Positions 11,466 to 25,153 of a DNA stretch of 64,000 nucleotides are shown piece after piece. A program made the position numbers and the translations under genes. The notes under the pieces were generated by a model that ran no database searches, was not told where the DNA came from, and saw only the letters and a program-made list of their open reading frames with translations. Positions within the stretch are counted from its first letter, which is position 1. Every line of letters begins with the position of its first letter. The stretch comes from Ruditapes philippinarum (taxonomy: Eukaryota): NCBI RefSeq assembly GCF_026571515.1, contig NW_026864529.1, positions 1-64,000 on the forward strand. Direction: 5' to 3'.

Positions 11466-12001
11466 CTATTGTTTGTCACCAGCTTCCTTGTCATCAGTGT
11501 CCTCAAACAGACGTTTCTTACAAGCAGGCTCATCCATGTCATCATCAAAGATAGAGGTGAAAGACTCCATCTTCTGCTGCATTGTTGCCTGAGTGTTTAA
11601 TAGGTACTTTTCTCTTTTCTGCAGCAATGCCACTTCTTGCTGCAGTCCACCACTGCTTATCTTGAGAGTGTTAAGATGGAACTGAAGCTGATGGTGCTTG
11701 ACCTTATTTATAATCCTCATTTTTCTCAAGGGTTTTTGTGACTTCTTTGGGATCATGTTTGGAGAGATGGAACATGGCGACCTTCAGGTGAGTGTCTGCA
11801 TCCTGAGTTCCCTGAGAGGGGCTTTGTAAATGTTCACTTATAGCAGATGTAAGTTTGGATGGCATCGGTACATACACAACAACATGCCGAGAAAGACTCG
11901 ACTGCTTCGAAGTTTTATGTGTGCTAGCAGAATAGCTTGGTTGAGATAGCGCAATTGTGTCGTTAGTACTTGGTGGTGTATACATATTTACTTGCTGTAA
12001 T
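11466..12001 (-). pseudogene. Orphan terminal coding exon with a single frameshift (about 177 aa if repaired); product unknown
   Basis: A minus-strand acceptor tttttctattctcAG lies at 12002. ORFs 11704..11985 and 11466..11756 join if one base is removed near 11708. The segment is more GC-rich than its flanks. Confidence 0.5.
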
Positions 12002-13214
12002 CTGAGAATAGAAAAATCTCAGTGTTGAAGCAAGTTAGAAAACAACAACATTTCCTATTGTAGCAACATCATCAGCAACCGGAGTGAGCTTCATTATTTT
12101 GTTGTATCAAACATAAAAAAATCCTTATCCAGCCAAATGCAATTGATAATATTATAAGAAAAATAACAAGGAAAAGAAAAGTATACACATCTGAGTATTG
12201 TCGAGTCTTAATTTGCTATCTGAAAGGAAAGAACCAAATAATGAAAAGCTTGCATGGCATTTAGCCACTACAGAAAATGCATGTAATGCATATAATGAAA
12301 ACAGGAATGATAATAATAAGTAAAATGAATACAATGTGTGCATATGCAAGAAAATACCAATATACTAAAGCAATTTACTAAATACCAATAGTGACATGGA
12401 TGTTCTGTAGTGTTACCGGGTACACCACCCACTCTTTAATATATATTATTTGTAAGTAAGGTACAAGAAAGAAAAACATAGTGTACTGAACAGTGCTATA
12501 AAAACATTTGGAAAAATAGCATTATATCATATTTTATTGTGTTTCTTAAATTTTAAAATGATTTTAAAATTGATGAAGGAGTGTTCTGTGGGGTATGCCA
12601 TAGGCAGTGCAGCTTCCTACAAAGTACATGCAATAGAATAGAGTAAAACGGAATCCCTAAAGAAAACCCAACACGGCAAAATTGTAAAATGTTGCGTTAT
12701 TGTGTGTAAATGTTTAACAATTCTAATATCTTGGTTAACTAAATGGGATGATATGGTATAATTAAGGAAGATACACTGCTTTCCAAAAATCACTGTTAAG
12801 TCAATGATGTACAAACATTGTTTAAACTGTTACCTGAGAAAAGAAACTGTTACCTTAGAAATGAAATATACCTGTTAAACTGTAAGTAGCTTTTAAAGCA
12901 AACAAGTTGCTTATGTCTAAATATTTTTAGTGGGGGAAAATCTTTCAACATTCGCCTTACAAAGTAAAATTATCAATTCTTTACCAGAAAGGTATCTCTG
13001 GCTGTACCCATGTAATTTTACATAAAGATTAGATGAGTATTATGGAAGTCAGATATGGTTCAAGCATGCACTAAGAAAATTGTATTGTTATTACATACTG
13101 AATATACAACATCAAGAAAACCAAAGACTGCTGTTCCTGTAATTTTGCTGAACTACTGGTGGGCTGTACTGCTGGGCATGCTCATGGCATTTGTTCTTGT
13201 AAACTGCACGCTGC

Positions 13215-13780
13215 TAGTGATGCTCACGACATTCCATTTGTAAACTGCACTTTATCTCATTATGCTTGTCCCCAAGTAAAAGAATGCGTCTGCCCTAAAC
13301 GAGGAAACAATGTGCGAAACTAAATATAGTGATGCTCACATAACATGTGTTCTTGTAAACTGCAACTCTCTTCTTATTGTGCTTGATCATTGTAATTTAG
13401 TTGTTTTGAAGTTGAACAATTAACTTTTTACAGTATGTTGTCGACAAGGAAAAGGAACAACAGGCAATGACTCTGCAAATACTGAAGATAGAGTTCTGGC
13501 TATTGTACACTGCACTTCCTCTCATCGCGATTGACGAGTGCATGTTGTTGCAAGGGCAATACCTCTTTACTAACAATAGAAAGAGTTATGGTTCTTGTGA
13601 ACTGCACTTTCTCTTATTGTGCTTGACCATTGTATGAAATTATACAAATTCAGGGAAAAGTAACAAAGGGCAATAACTCTGTAATTAGGTAAGATTGAGT
13701 AATGGTAACTGAGCACTGCACTTCCTCTATGTGCTTGATCATTGTATGAAGTGGCATTGAATTCAAACTTGTGGTTTTCG
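13215..13780. repeat. Degenerate HINE-type internal repeat array
   Basis: cactgcacttcctctcat...gcttgaccattgtatgaa recurs about 5 times at roughly 100-150 bp spacing. Confidence 0.55.
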
Positions 13781-16700
13781 TACTAGTACGCAGTCAAATA
13801 ATCCGTATTGACATCAGCTTGAGAAATACATAACCTATCTTGCAATGTCTATTTGTATAATATGCCTTACTGATCCACTTTCCTGACAACGCTAAGTATA
13901 ACAAAAACATTAGACCAAGACTGTAAATAACCCTCCAGTCTGACATTATTTGCCCAAATAATTATCCTGAACCATTAGTCTCGGGTAATAGTCGTGCTCA
14001 AATTGTCAATTCAAGTAACTAATGATCTCCAGTTACAAAAAGAAATGTGTCTGATATAGTTTTATGTTTATTGTTACCGTCAAATATGTGTGCTTTAAGC
14101 AGTTAAAGGGACCCCACTGAGGTTGTTGGACAGGATGGGAAATATTTTTTCAAGAATTATATTCAATTTATCTTCAGGGTGAATATTGCAGACTCGATTT
14201 GAGTCTGTATATAAGAATATTAAAGTGTATTTTTACAGGACATTTCCGAGACGCATATCTATGTAGAAAGACTATCTGTAGAACTATCTTAAATTATCAG
14301 TACAACTATCTTAAATAAGTGCTTGCCCACATTGTTGTCATAAATTACAACCTTAAGATTGTGCAGTCTTTAGTCGTTTAGGAAATATGTTTCATCTTCA
14401 CAAGACGATTAAATAAGGTAAAACCACATAATCCCGTGCACAGACTTAATGCCATGATTAAAAGGCAACATAAACGTACCGTCAATGTATACCTTGCATA
14501 CTCATTGCAGTCAGGGACAAGAAACACTTTAAACATTGTGATTCCGCCCTGGTTCGAATCTCTGTCCTTGTTTCAATATTAGTGTTATTGCTGGTTGTAA
14601 TAGGGAACATCCTTAGAAATAACAAAACAACTCATCACATCTGATGTTGATATACTATAGAAAGAATACCAAGATAAAAGCACCTTTTTTCTATAATGAA
14701 TTTTCAATTTCCTTATTGTAATATTTGCTTTCATTTGTCTCAGAGGACTTCCCTTCTTTTATGATACAGGTGCGTCTGAAAGAAATTAGGTTTCAGTGTT
14801 GATTTCCTTAATCCGTATTCTCTTGTAAGATAAAGCGTAATACATTTGAGATTTTTATTTTCATACAAATTTCTGACTAAATTTGCTGTAATAAATTATG
14901 TCATAAATGAACAATTTTATCATGAGGAGTGAGAATTCAAAACATTGTAAGTCTATGACATTTCGCTTGTATGAGGGAGAGAAATGTAGACTAAATTTGA
15001 AATGTTCCATCATCTAGTAAAATATTTACTATGTTTGAATTGAATGCTGTATCATTTTATTGCATTATCTGCGTGGATGAAAATAAGTTTCTTGGAAAGT
15101 ATTGATTCTAATTTTCGAGCTAACAAACAAACTATTAGCATTTTAAACTCATCATACATTAATTGTTATTCTTGATATTTTATATTTGAAACCTTTGAAC
15201 TTTGAACAAAAGTGATATTGAACTGACTTAGGCAAGGAAGTATTATTTTATGGTACTAGAAATAATGTTTTTTTGCAGGATAAATACATATATTTCTTTT
15301 GGATTTATTATTTGTCTTACTGTGTTGAGGATTCAATCATTTATTATATAATGTGAAAGCGTATGACAAATATTGTGATTTAAAAAGTAAAAGTGAAATA
15401 CAAATGTATATAGAAACACCACCTTGATTTATACTGATAAGAAACCCAGATAATCATCACATGCATCACATCAGACCGCCCGGTCTAAAGAAAATCGATC
15501 AATCAATCATAAATAAATGAATGTGAAATAAGTAAAATTATGTCAGTTTTCAGATAAAATAAATGCCTGGTAACTTTTATGTGCCGTATGGACAGCGTGT
15601 ATGTGATATACAGTCTTCATAACCTCTGACCCCTTTCAAAATTCCATTTCCTTGTTTACGGAACACACATATTTTACTAGGGAGACTAACGCCTCTCCGT
15701 GGGTGGCATGAAAATGTCACATAGGAGGTTTCATGATTTTGCTGTATAATTTTAAATCTCAATTTCACCAACTTAAGTATTTTATGTACAAATATTCTAG
15801 CATGTTTTATATTACTTACTGTCTCTTTCGTTTCGGCCATATATTGCACAAATCCGAGGTAACATTTGCACAGTTCTTACACATCCCTGCATTATGGGAT
15901 ATACATGTATACGGTGTTTTATATATAACCTAGTATACTTTTTTTTTCTTACTTATAAGAATCCTAGGCCAACCACTAACTTTTGTATCGAACATATTTT
16001 AACATTTCTGCTATACTTAAGAAACCTTTCTTTTCGGTGACAATTGTCACTTTTTGTGTGCAATACGAAGAAAAGAAATGGCATTGAATTTCAAAACAAA
16101 TAATCACGTATATAAACGCAACCTTGAATAGTATAATAAGTGCGGCATTAAGATTGTGAATTGATTATTTAATCAACGGCAGTACAAAGTGACATTCATT
16201 TAATTGCTTATAACGACATATAAAGTAAATCATTACTATTATTACTCTGTCTTAAATATAAGCTTCTTATGACATTCTTCAGCAAACTTCATTACATACG
16301 CGCGTAAATGACCACATTTTAACTCTTGGTAAGCTAAATATCATAAGCTTTATAAAGATACTTAATAAAGCTGAAAAGAACATACATGTTACTCACATGT
16401 TGCCTGTGATCTGACGCTTCATAGAAGCAAATGAAAGCTAACCGGGATCAAACATTGTAAATAGACGCGATTTCCGCTAATTGTATTTCTTTTCTTTCAT
16501 AATCAAAGGAGTTAAAAACAATAATTTGGTTTTCTAGATACAACTTTTGAATGATATCTTAAGAAGTTTAAAATGCACTTCCTGATAACTTATTTATACA
16601 GTTAATGTAACCACATACTGTCCATATATAATTATTATTATGTTTCTTTCCTTTCTTTTTCAAAATTTACCACTTGATTAATAAAGTATATCTAAAGCAC

Positions 16701-18764
16701 TAATACTATCAAATGTAGTTCCAGAAAATAAATTTACATTTTCATAGAACAGAAACAAACAAACACACATAAAGTGCTTCTAAAATTAAGACACTATTTG
16801 CAAGCTTTATACGGGCTTTTTAAGGTGACATAGAAATGTTAGTTAATTTTTCAATAACACGGTTCTTACGATATATTATTAGGATTAGGTTCACATTATT
16901 TTATTTACTTTTTGTTTTTTAGTTAAGGCCAAAGTACCCTAAGTGAATCAGATGTGGTGAAAGTCATTTGGAAAATAATAACCATAAGGTAAAGTTGCTT
17001 TACCATTTGGGCATTATAAGTATACTGCCTGCTTTTGATTTGAAAAAGAAAATCATAAAATTGAAAAATAGACTTACACCGTCTTAGTTATCAAAACCGT
17101 TATTACAAAATGTTTCTAAATTATGCATATGTATTTTATTGTTGTTTTTTTTCTAAAATAAAAGAAAACAAGAAGAAAAAAGACCTTGGCCTATTGACAT
17201 GAAAATGTGTGTTGTAGGTAGAACTCACCAAGCCTGTACAAAGTGTGTGTATATTAAAACACTAGCTGGTGTATATCCGGAGGCGCCCGCTAGATTTACT
17301 TAATAATGAATACTAGCTGTCATTGTTAAAAAGTTTCCATGGTGATTTCCAATGTACTTACAAACAAGGTGTGACCCTTTTTCAAAGTGCATGCTTCCAT
17401 TCATTTTAATTACAAGGTCACTATAAAACGTTACGTGGTCGTCCATATATAGAAAACAGGTCATGTACCTAACTCGGTCAAGGTCGTTGTAGCTGTCCAA
17501 AAGTCAATGGATAGGACGAGGATGAGCAAGTAAGGGGGCTACAGCTCTTCTTTAACCACTTATGATAAGTTGGATGATATATAAATTAACGCATTGAGTG
17601 CGAACATTTTGAGTGTGTTTGTTGTTGTTGCTGATGTGTGTAGTGCTATAGTGGGTTGATATTGAAGTCTAAATTTACTTTTCAACATGAATATTTAGAA
17701 GATTAGTATTCTCTAGATAATTCTAAGGATAATCCCTGTAACTTTTTAGCTGATACAATGCGCTCGAGTCTCTGTATATTCATTCATTGAACATATTTTA
17801 CCAGCCTTTGAAAATGAAAGGCTTTTATATTTGTCAGCTGAAATACAGAAAAAAATGAATCCTCAAAAGGGTGTTCAGCTTTTATTTTCTATTGCAAAAG
17901 CAATTCTGTGTTATTACAAACCAAGTATTTTAGTATTTTTTTCTTGGAAAATACATCATATCACTGTAAGCCTTCCTCGAGATCGAGCTATTTTTAACGC
18001 CACATTGACGTCTGCTTTACTAATTTAAAAATGGAGAGCGGACCGGTAGATAAGATGTATCGGGTGTTTCCTTGTTGGTAATATATTTTATAGTCAGAAA
18101 ATTTCATTTGTTACCTTTAGCTTGGTCAAAGTAAATGTAAGCTACCATCCACAACCCACACAGAAGCAGAATTAAACATTTGAATATAAAATGGTGAATT
18201 TTGCAATTTAAAAACATCAGCAGATGTGTTCACACATAAGGTGTTTCATATATGATAATATATATTTCACATTAATCTGTAAATTATGTCATCAAATAAA
18301 CGCCTTCTGACTAAGATACTTGATATTAAAATACTTTTATATCAATTTTGAAAACAGTTTTGTGGAAACCTTTAAAAATTGCAAATCAAATACAATATTG
18401 CCTTATATTGTAAAATAATGAATAATGATTGCTTATTTTCTTTTAATAAAGTATACATTAAAAGAAGCTGGAATTGTATCTTAATTTGGTGAATCTGTTT
18501 TGTTATTGAATCCCTCCAATAATGCTCATATTGTGATATTAATTGGAATTAAGAGATTTTTTATGTAAGCTGTCAGAGTTATCAATGTGCTTCATTCTCC
18601 AAGGTTTCTGTGGTTTTTTAGGGGATACGATACTTTAGAGATGGGAAACAGAATTTACAACATTGTTTATATTTATATGCTATTAAAACAACATACACAC
18701 TTTCGGGTGAATTTAAATGAAAATAATAGTGATCAACTCGTACACTTCTTTTTAATCTTGTTAT

Positions 18765-19135
18765 ATATAGAGGATATTGAATGAGTGTAGTTTGATAGTA
18801 AATTTATTGAACGAGTTGAATAAAATCGTATTATGCGAGCCTCTGGCGAGCATAATATTGTTTTATTCAACGAGTTCAATAAATTAAGTATTGAATCTAC
18901 ACGAATATAATATTCCATTTATCACGTATACAAAATAAGAACAGTGAACTGTTAAAGTTAGTAATTTTTCAATGACGCGCCCATAGTGTAACGCTAACAT
19001 TAGCGCGCTTTAACGCTATGTTTCTATATAGCTCAAATGACGTCACGTCAAAGTGTTATTACACTAGTGTAATATCGTTTTTATTAAATGGCTTTATTAC
19101 ACTCCCGCGCCGGGGTTTATGTGATAATGTATTAT
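18765..19135. repeat. Palindromic interspersed repeat (unclassified)
   Basis: tttattgaacgagttgaataaaa...tattatgcgagcc/ggcgagcataata...ttttattcaacgagttcaataaa forms an imperfect long hairpin. Confidence 0.55.
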
Positions 19136-19704
19136 ATTGTATTAGTTCCTTTGAAATTTCTGTTATCATTTTGGTGGCAGAAAATAAGTCGAACAAAAAT
19201 ATTGTTTTGCAGACAGTGTGTTTTATCCTCGACAGTTTAGCATTAAATATAATATCGTTAAAACATGGATAAAAATAGTGACAAATGTCTTAAATAGGAA
19301 TCCATTCATTAGCCGATATGGTCTAGGACAAGTGACTTATCGTACTCTTTGTTCTATAGTAAATCAGTTATATTTGAGGCTTAATTCTGGATTCCACAGT
19401 TCTTGATGAATTATATACAGTCATCAACTTAAAAAATCAACACTATCTAAGTCAAATGATTCACGAAATACAATGTGTGAGCCATCTACTTTTTTCAGAA
19501 ATGTAACACTGTTTAAATTCACCACTTAAAACACTCCTGACTATTGGTGGGTAGCACATCTTAAATCCTTCCGCCAACAAATGAGGTCCTAGAGAATACA
19601 CAAAAAAACAACTTTTAAAATTCCATATAAAACAAAAAAACTACACAGAATACAATAAATAGACTTTAATGAGATTACTTAAATTCGACCAGTTCAAAAT
19701 TTAA

Positions 19705-20238
19705 AGGAGACTTCTTCAGGCTAAATTTTCTAATTCTCTTAGTATTTGTAATTTTCTCGTATTTATTGAATTCTGTTTAAATCACTCGAAAATAATAATT
19801 TGTCATTAAAGGAATCAAAATGCTTCCCTGCCAATATCAAGAACAAAACAGGTGGTATTATAACTTGACACGCGTGGTCAGATAAGATAGCTAGATCCAT
19901 TTCAACAAGTATGTCACAAGTAGGAACATCTGAAATGTTAAAGGGAACTTAAATGGCCAGCATTTGGCTTTGTTTTTATCAATAACATGTATATACCCTC
20001 GTTATATATAACGTTTTTTAACGTATGTTCAAGAACAATGACTTGCTTTAAAAACTATTTGGTGATTTTATTATTATTTCTTTCTGTAACATGTTATTTT
20101 TGTATATTTTACTTCTCAAAAATAATAAAGAACATTAAAAAGTAAAAATGGTGAAACTTTAAGAAAAGCCATTTAAGAGTGATTTGAGTACAAAAGATCA
20201 TTTTAATATTTTTGTCATTATTTTGCCTGAATATCCCT
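19705..20238. mobile_element. Possible Kolobok-type MITE
   Basis: TTAA|aggagacttcttcaggc ... gcctgaatatccct|TTAA gives an imperfect TIR and a TTAA TSD. Related internal sequence recurs at 20420-20750. Confidence 0.4.
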
Positions 20239-20867
20239 TTAAAAGAACTTCTTTCTAGACTACAACGGGTTTGGTCTAATTCCGTGCAGGGGTTTTTCAA
20301 TATGATGTTAAAATCAGGTTAAAGTCTGACGTAATTTCTATATAAATTCATGTTGGGTTTAAAATCACATCGACATTATAAATATTTGTGCTTCATTTAT
20401 GGAAAGAAACATAAAGTGGTGCTTCCCCCTGCCAATATTGCAAGAACAAACAGGTACCTAATAAATATAATAAAAATCAGCATTTCGTTAACTGTCTAGA
20501 TAGATAGTTAACAGATACGAATCCGAAGTCACTGTCGACACAGGTAGGTAGACACGTAATTTGGTGTCAGCGAACTTAATCATCCGGCCAGCAAGGTTTG
20601 CTTTTTGGTAATTAACATGTATATATCCCTCTTTTAAATACATAATCAACGGATTGTTTTACAACTTTACAGAAAGAGCAACGCCGTTGTTAAAATATAT
20701 GATACAAAATAAATGGTCTTTTATTATTATTTCTTCTTTCTGTATCCCACATGTTTCTTTCCCTCTGTATATCTCATTTTACTCTCATAAAATAACTGAA
20801 AAAGATTTTGCTTATTAAAAATGTAAATACAGAATCGCATTTCATAATTCAGTAGGAAACAATATAT

Positions 20868-21102
20868 GAGCCGCGTCATGACAAAACCAACATAATGGGT
20901 TTGCGACCAGCATGGATCCAGACCAGCCTGCGCATCCGCGCAGTCTGATCAGGATCCATGCTTTTCGCTAACAAACCCTATTACAAGTAGAGAAACTGAT
21001 AGCGAACATCATGGATCCTGATTAGACAGCGCTGATGCGCAGGCTGATCTGGATCCATGCTGGTCGCAAACGCATTATGTTGGTTTTGTCATGACGCGGC
21101 TC
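20868..21102. mobile_element. Sola-like MITE (GAG...CTC termini, 4-bp TSD ATAT)
   Basis: ATAT|gagccgcgtcatgacaaaaccaacataatg ... cattatgttggttttgtcatgacgcggctc|ATAT, with near-perfect inverted arms of about 95 bp. Confidence 0.85.
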
Positions 21103-21108
21103 ATATTC

Positions 21109-21355
21109 AATTTACTTTTCAACTTGAATATTTAGAAGATTAGTATTCTCTAGATAATTCTAAGGATAATCCCTGTAACTTTTTAGCTGATACAATGCGC
21201 TCGAGTCTCTGTATTTTCATTCGTTGAACATATTTTACCAGCCTTTGAAAATGAAAGGCTTTTATATTTGTCAGCTTAAATACAGAAAAAAAGTGAATCC
21301 TCAAAAGGGTGCGGATGCAAAAGGCAATCTATGTTATTACAACCAAGTATTTAGT
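21109..21355 (+). repeat. Near-identical copy of 17672-17935
   Basis: aatttacttttcaac...gattagtattctctagataattctaaggataatccctg...cctcaaaagggtg is shared between the two sites. Confidence 0.9.
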
Positions 21356-21984
21356 AGCTGGTCTGGGTCCATGCTGGTCGCAAACGCATTATGTTGGTTT
21401 TGTCATGACGCGGCTAATATTCAATATATTGCATGGCATTGAACCAATCCATTGATATAACCTTTTTATTACCATATAAATTTATTTTCATCTCAAACAC
21501 AACCTTCATTAAATATATGGCTTCGAAATGAATTTGAGACATGCTATAATAGGACTTCAAGGTTAGTTTGTGGTTTTAGGAAAGTATTAGACGTCTAGGT
21601 TCACGAATGGAGACATATAGCAAAAACACGTTTCTCATAAAGAAAGGACATATCTCTTTACCGTGTGATATTGATCTATTATGCAGTATTTAAATTCCGC
21701 CAAATTTAATTAATTAAAAAGGTATATTAATCCAATGAAACCATTATCTAAATAATTATACATTTAATTGTAGAAGTTTGAAATAGCTATTTTACAAAGA
21801 GAACACGATCAGCAAAACCTTTAAATTAAGCACTCGCTAGAAAGATATCTGTATACAGCATTGTCTGAAAATTCATGTTTTGATGATATCATATATATTA
21901 TTAGGGTTATAAATATTCATTATCGGCTAACCTATATTTGACAAAACACATTTCAGTTCTTATCATGTTACTTAATATAACATA

Positions 21985-22130
21985 TCCCCTTCCTTTCACC
22001 GTCCTTGTATCCTCTCCCAATTTATATATCGGTGCCTTCTGGGTACTCTACTGGTGTGACTGGATTTTGTAGGGATCTGCGTTCTGTGAACGTTGCCTTG
22101 ACTTGATGATCTTTGATTCACATTTTTTGT
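21985..22130 (+). mobile_element. SINE 3' fragment
   Basis: Reverse-complement match to 7800-7925 (ggtgccttctgggt...ctgcgttctgtgaacgttg). Confidence 0.5.
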
Positions 22131-24039
22131 TCTAGCCGAGTGTGAATTATTAGCACTCAGAGTGCAAAGACATTTAGTTTAGCTTCTCATATTTATCAAA
22201 TTGACAACTTTTATTTTATAAAAAGAACAATATTATAAATAAATCTGACATTTATGACAAGGAACTTGATTTGAACTTTATACATATCATATGTTTGCCA
22301 GGTGCATGAACGGATACGAGAGCGTGTCTGTAGGCTTATATCTTCCTACATAATCGCATAATGTATAAACTAACTTAAACTAAGTACAATATGGATTTTT
22401 ATGGAGTTTTCGGACACCAAAGTTAGGGTAAACGGAGTAGAATAATGATTTGATATTGATTTTGTTGGACACGGAAAATAAACAAAAACCTAGATTATGT
22501 TAAATAAAAATTTGATATGGAATTTCTGTGCTTTTGTGACTTTTCCTTCATGCCGATAAAAAGTTGAAAATATTGGGAGACTTTTGAAAAAGACATATTG
22601 GATCTATGAATTGAAAACATTTTGTCCAAAAAGTTTAAAAGCAAAAATACTTTATAAATTGTAAAATAATTTTCCAAATAAATATACTTGAATCAAAATA
22701 TCTGTTTCAGTGCGTATCGGCATAAAAATAACATTTCTATTCTAATACATACTTATTGTATCTAGGAATGTTTACATTTTGTTAATTGATACAATTACAG
22801 CATTTATGTCGATGACATAATTATTTAATTACCTCCCTTTATTGGTGTTTACATTTATATACTACATTATTCATAATGTACTTATATGGTCACTGATTTT
22901 TTGTATTCTTATAACTAAATTTTGAACCGCATTATGTTGAATAGATAATAGATAGACAATTTTCATTTTATTGTATTAGCTTTATAAGATATACTGAATG
23001 ATAGCGATGCTTTCTCAATTTTTATCTCTCTTTGTACAATTTCAAAATATGATGAAAGCAAGTAATTTTCGAAATTCTAATTTTTCACATAGGTACATGT
23101 AACTGTTTTTTTTTCACACTTGTTGAATTTATTGACTAGCCTAATTTCTCTTTGAAAATGTATGCATCATAAAATCCAGTTATTTTATGATAATCTATCG
23201 AAAATTATATGTACTCTTAAAATAATTACGTCTATATATACAAATGTTCATATTTTATTGCATAAAATAGTTATAGACGAATTATTTTATTATATAACGT
23301 TTCTTATACGCGCCAAAATGTGGCGTGTATTAACGTGGACATCTGTTTTGCTTTGGAAGTGATTTCCTCTGTTATTTATCATATTAACTGATCAAGCTTA
23401 TTAAAGCAAAACATGGTTTTGATAAATTTCGTTGTTTTTTATCTTTACATACTATCCTACGTAAGTATAGGTAATATATTAAGTTGTCCTGCACTTAGTC
23501 GTCCTCATTTCAAATGTTATCATTAAGTTACCTCCCTTTATTACTGTAATGAATCACGTGACTTTTACGGTATCGCGTACTGTTGATATGGTGACCTAAA
23601 CACATCGCTTCACATGCGTTTTTCAGTTTATTCTTTATTATATCCCCTATACCTACATACGAGACATTTTGCAACCTACGCGATATAATTAGTGTCGCCT
23701 ACACCTTACTGGTTATAGTTTTTACAAACACTAAAAAATTCATTCAGATTTAAATGTGTACAATTCTCCATTCCGCGTAGGCTACAGCAGGTCTCTTATG
23801 TAACTATATGAGATTTACTAAAATATGATAAACAAGATCAAAAAAAAAGGTGGCGTTCAATGAACGTAACCCAGCAATAAGAATTACAAAAAGAAATTGC
23901 TAAATAATTACATGAAAAATACATGTGTTTAGGCTGTCATATCGTAGTACGCCTTACTGTTAAAGTCAGGTGATTCCCTACCGTGTTTATATCCTCCAAT
24001 GGTTATTTGCTTTACAAGATAAAGTGTGATAAAGATAGC

Positions 24040-24105
24040 CAAGTTGATCTTATACTCGTTATCTTCACTCAACTCTTGAGCTTTTAAACTGTGTGGCTAT
24101 ACAAG
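24040..24105 (+). other. Putative non-coding first exon of regucalcin (5' boundary uncertain)
   Basis: A strong donor, acaag|GTAAGA, lies at 24106. The ATG exon has a clear acceptor 35 nt upstream of the ATG, which implies an upstream exon. Confidence 0.5.
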
Positions 24106-24490
24106 GTAAGAAAATTTAACTAACATTATACCAAGGTTTTAAACTAAATTTAAAAGAGAACGTGTGTTTATATTTTAATGATCTATGTCCGTGTAAAGCA
24201 GTACAAACTCTATTCCAGTTTAATGTTGCTTTATAAATAATAAATACGTATCAATGCCGATGTGACAACTATACGTTACACTTGAAATAATTTTGATATT
24301 TTTATATATGAACGAATTTGTATAACACACAATTTCCATCAGAGACAATATTTTGATAAATGTTGTAGCCTCGAATAAAAATGTTACATGTTGGTGCTGA
24401 TGTACATATATACTATTTCACTATCTGTTTGAAAATAAAAATATGAGCTTGTCAACACAGAAAAAGTACCTACCTGATCGAAGAGGAAAT

Positions 24491-24785
24491 CGGACAAACG
24501 TCCGACCACCATCCGTTTTTCCTAGCTTATTTTGCACAATTTATAACAAATATTTTGAGCATTTATGTCAAAACTAAACTAAGACAACTTGCAATACAGT
24601 ATTTACCATGATAGTGTTGACTTATCATCGAATTGCCTTCATTTAATGTTGCTCTTCCTTGTCGATCATCTTGTTTCATATATTTTATATATGTCAGTTA
24701 CCAGTAAACATAAATGCTCAAAATATTTGTTATAAATTGTGCAACATTAGCTGGGAAAACCGTATGGTGGCCGGACGTTTGTCTG
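24491..24785. mobile_element. Foldback MITE upstream of the regucalcin ATG exon (putative intron 1)
   Basis: Inverted arms of about 75 bp: cggacaaacgtccgaccaccat...tttgagcatttatgt and acataaatgctcaaa...atggtggccggacgtttgtctg. Confidence 0.75.
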
Positions 24786-25153
24786 TATGTTAAATTCATT
24801 TTGTTACATTCAGACATTAAACTATAGCTAATCCAAAACAGACTTTACAAACAACACACATCTAAATGCAGGAGTCTGCATATACCAATCTGCATTAATT
24901 TGTGATAAATAGCATGCAAATAAAATAGTTGTTTGCTTTCTGGAAATGTGTTTTAATGTTTATGCACTTTAATCATCAAAGATCCTGGAATTTCTACTTC
25001 GATTTACGAAATTGATGTTAAGCTTGAAATATAAAAGGTCAATGTTGCATTAGTTACAACCGTTAATAATTGCTGCATTCTTATAAGTGGGATATAACAA
25101 CATGTGCTTGATTTTCAGAGATACAGTATACAATACACTGTAAAACAATAAAT

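Noticed and set aside
14000-17250. Short ORFs in AT-rich stretches (also 30700-33300 and 51000-61000)
   Set aside because: They are 60-105 aa, often start at non-ATG codons, are compositionally biased and have no recognisable motifs or exon chains.
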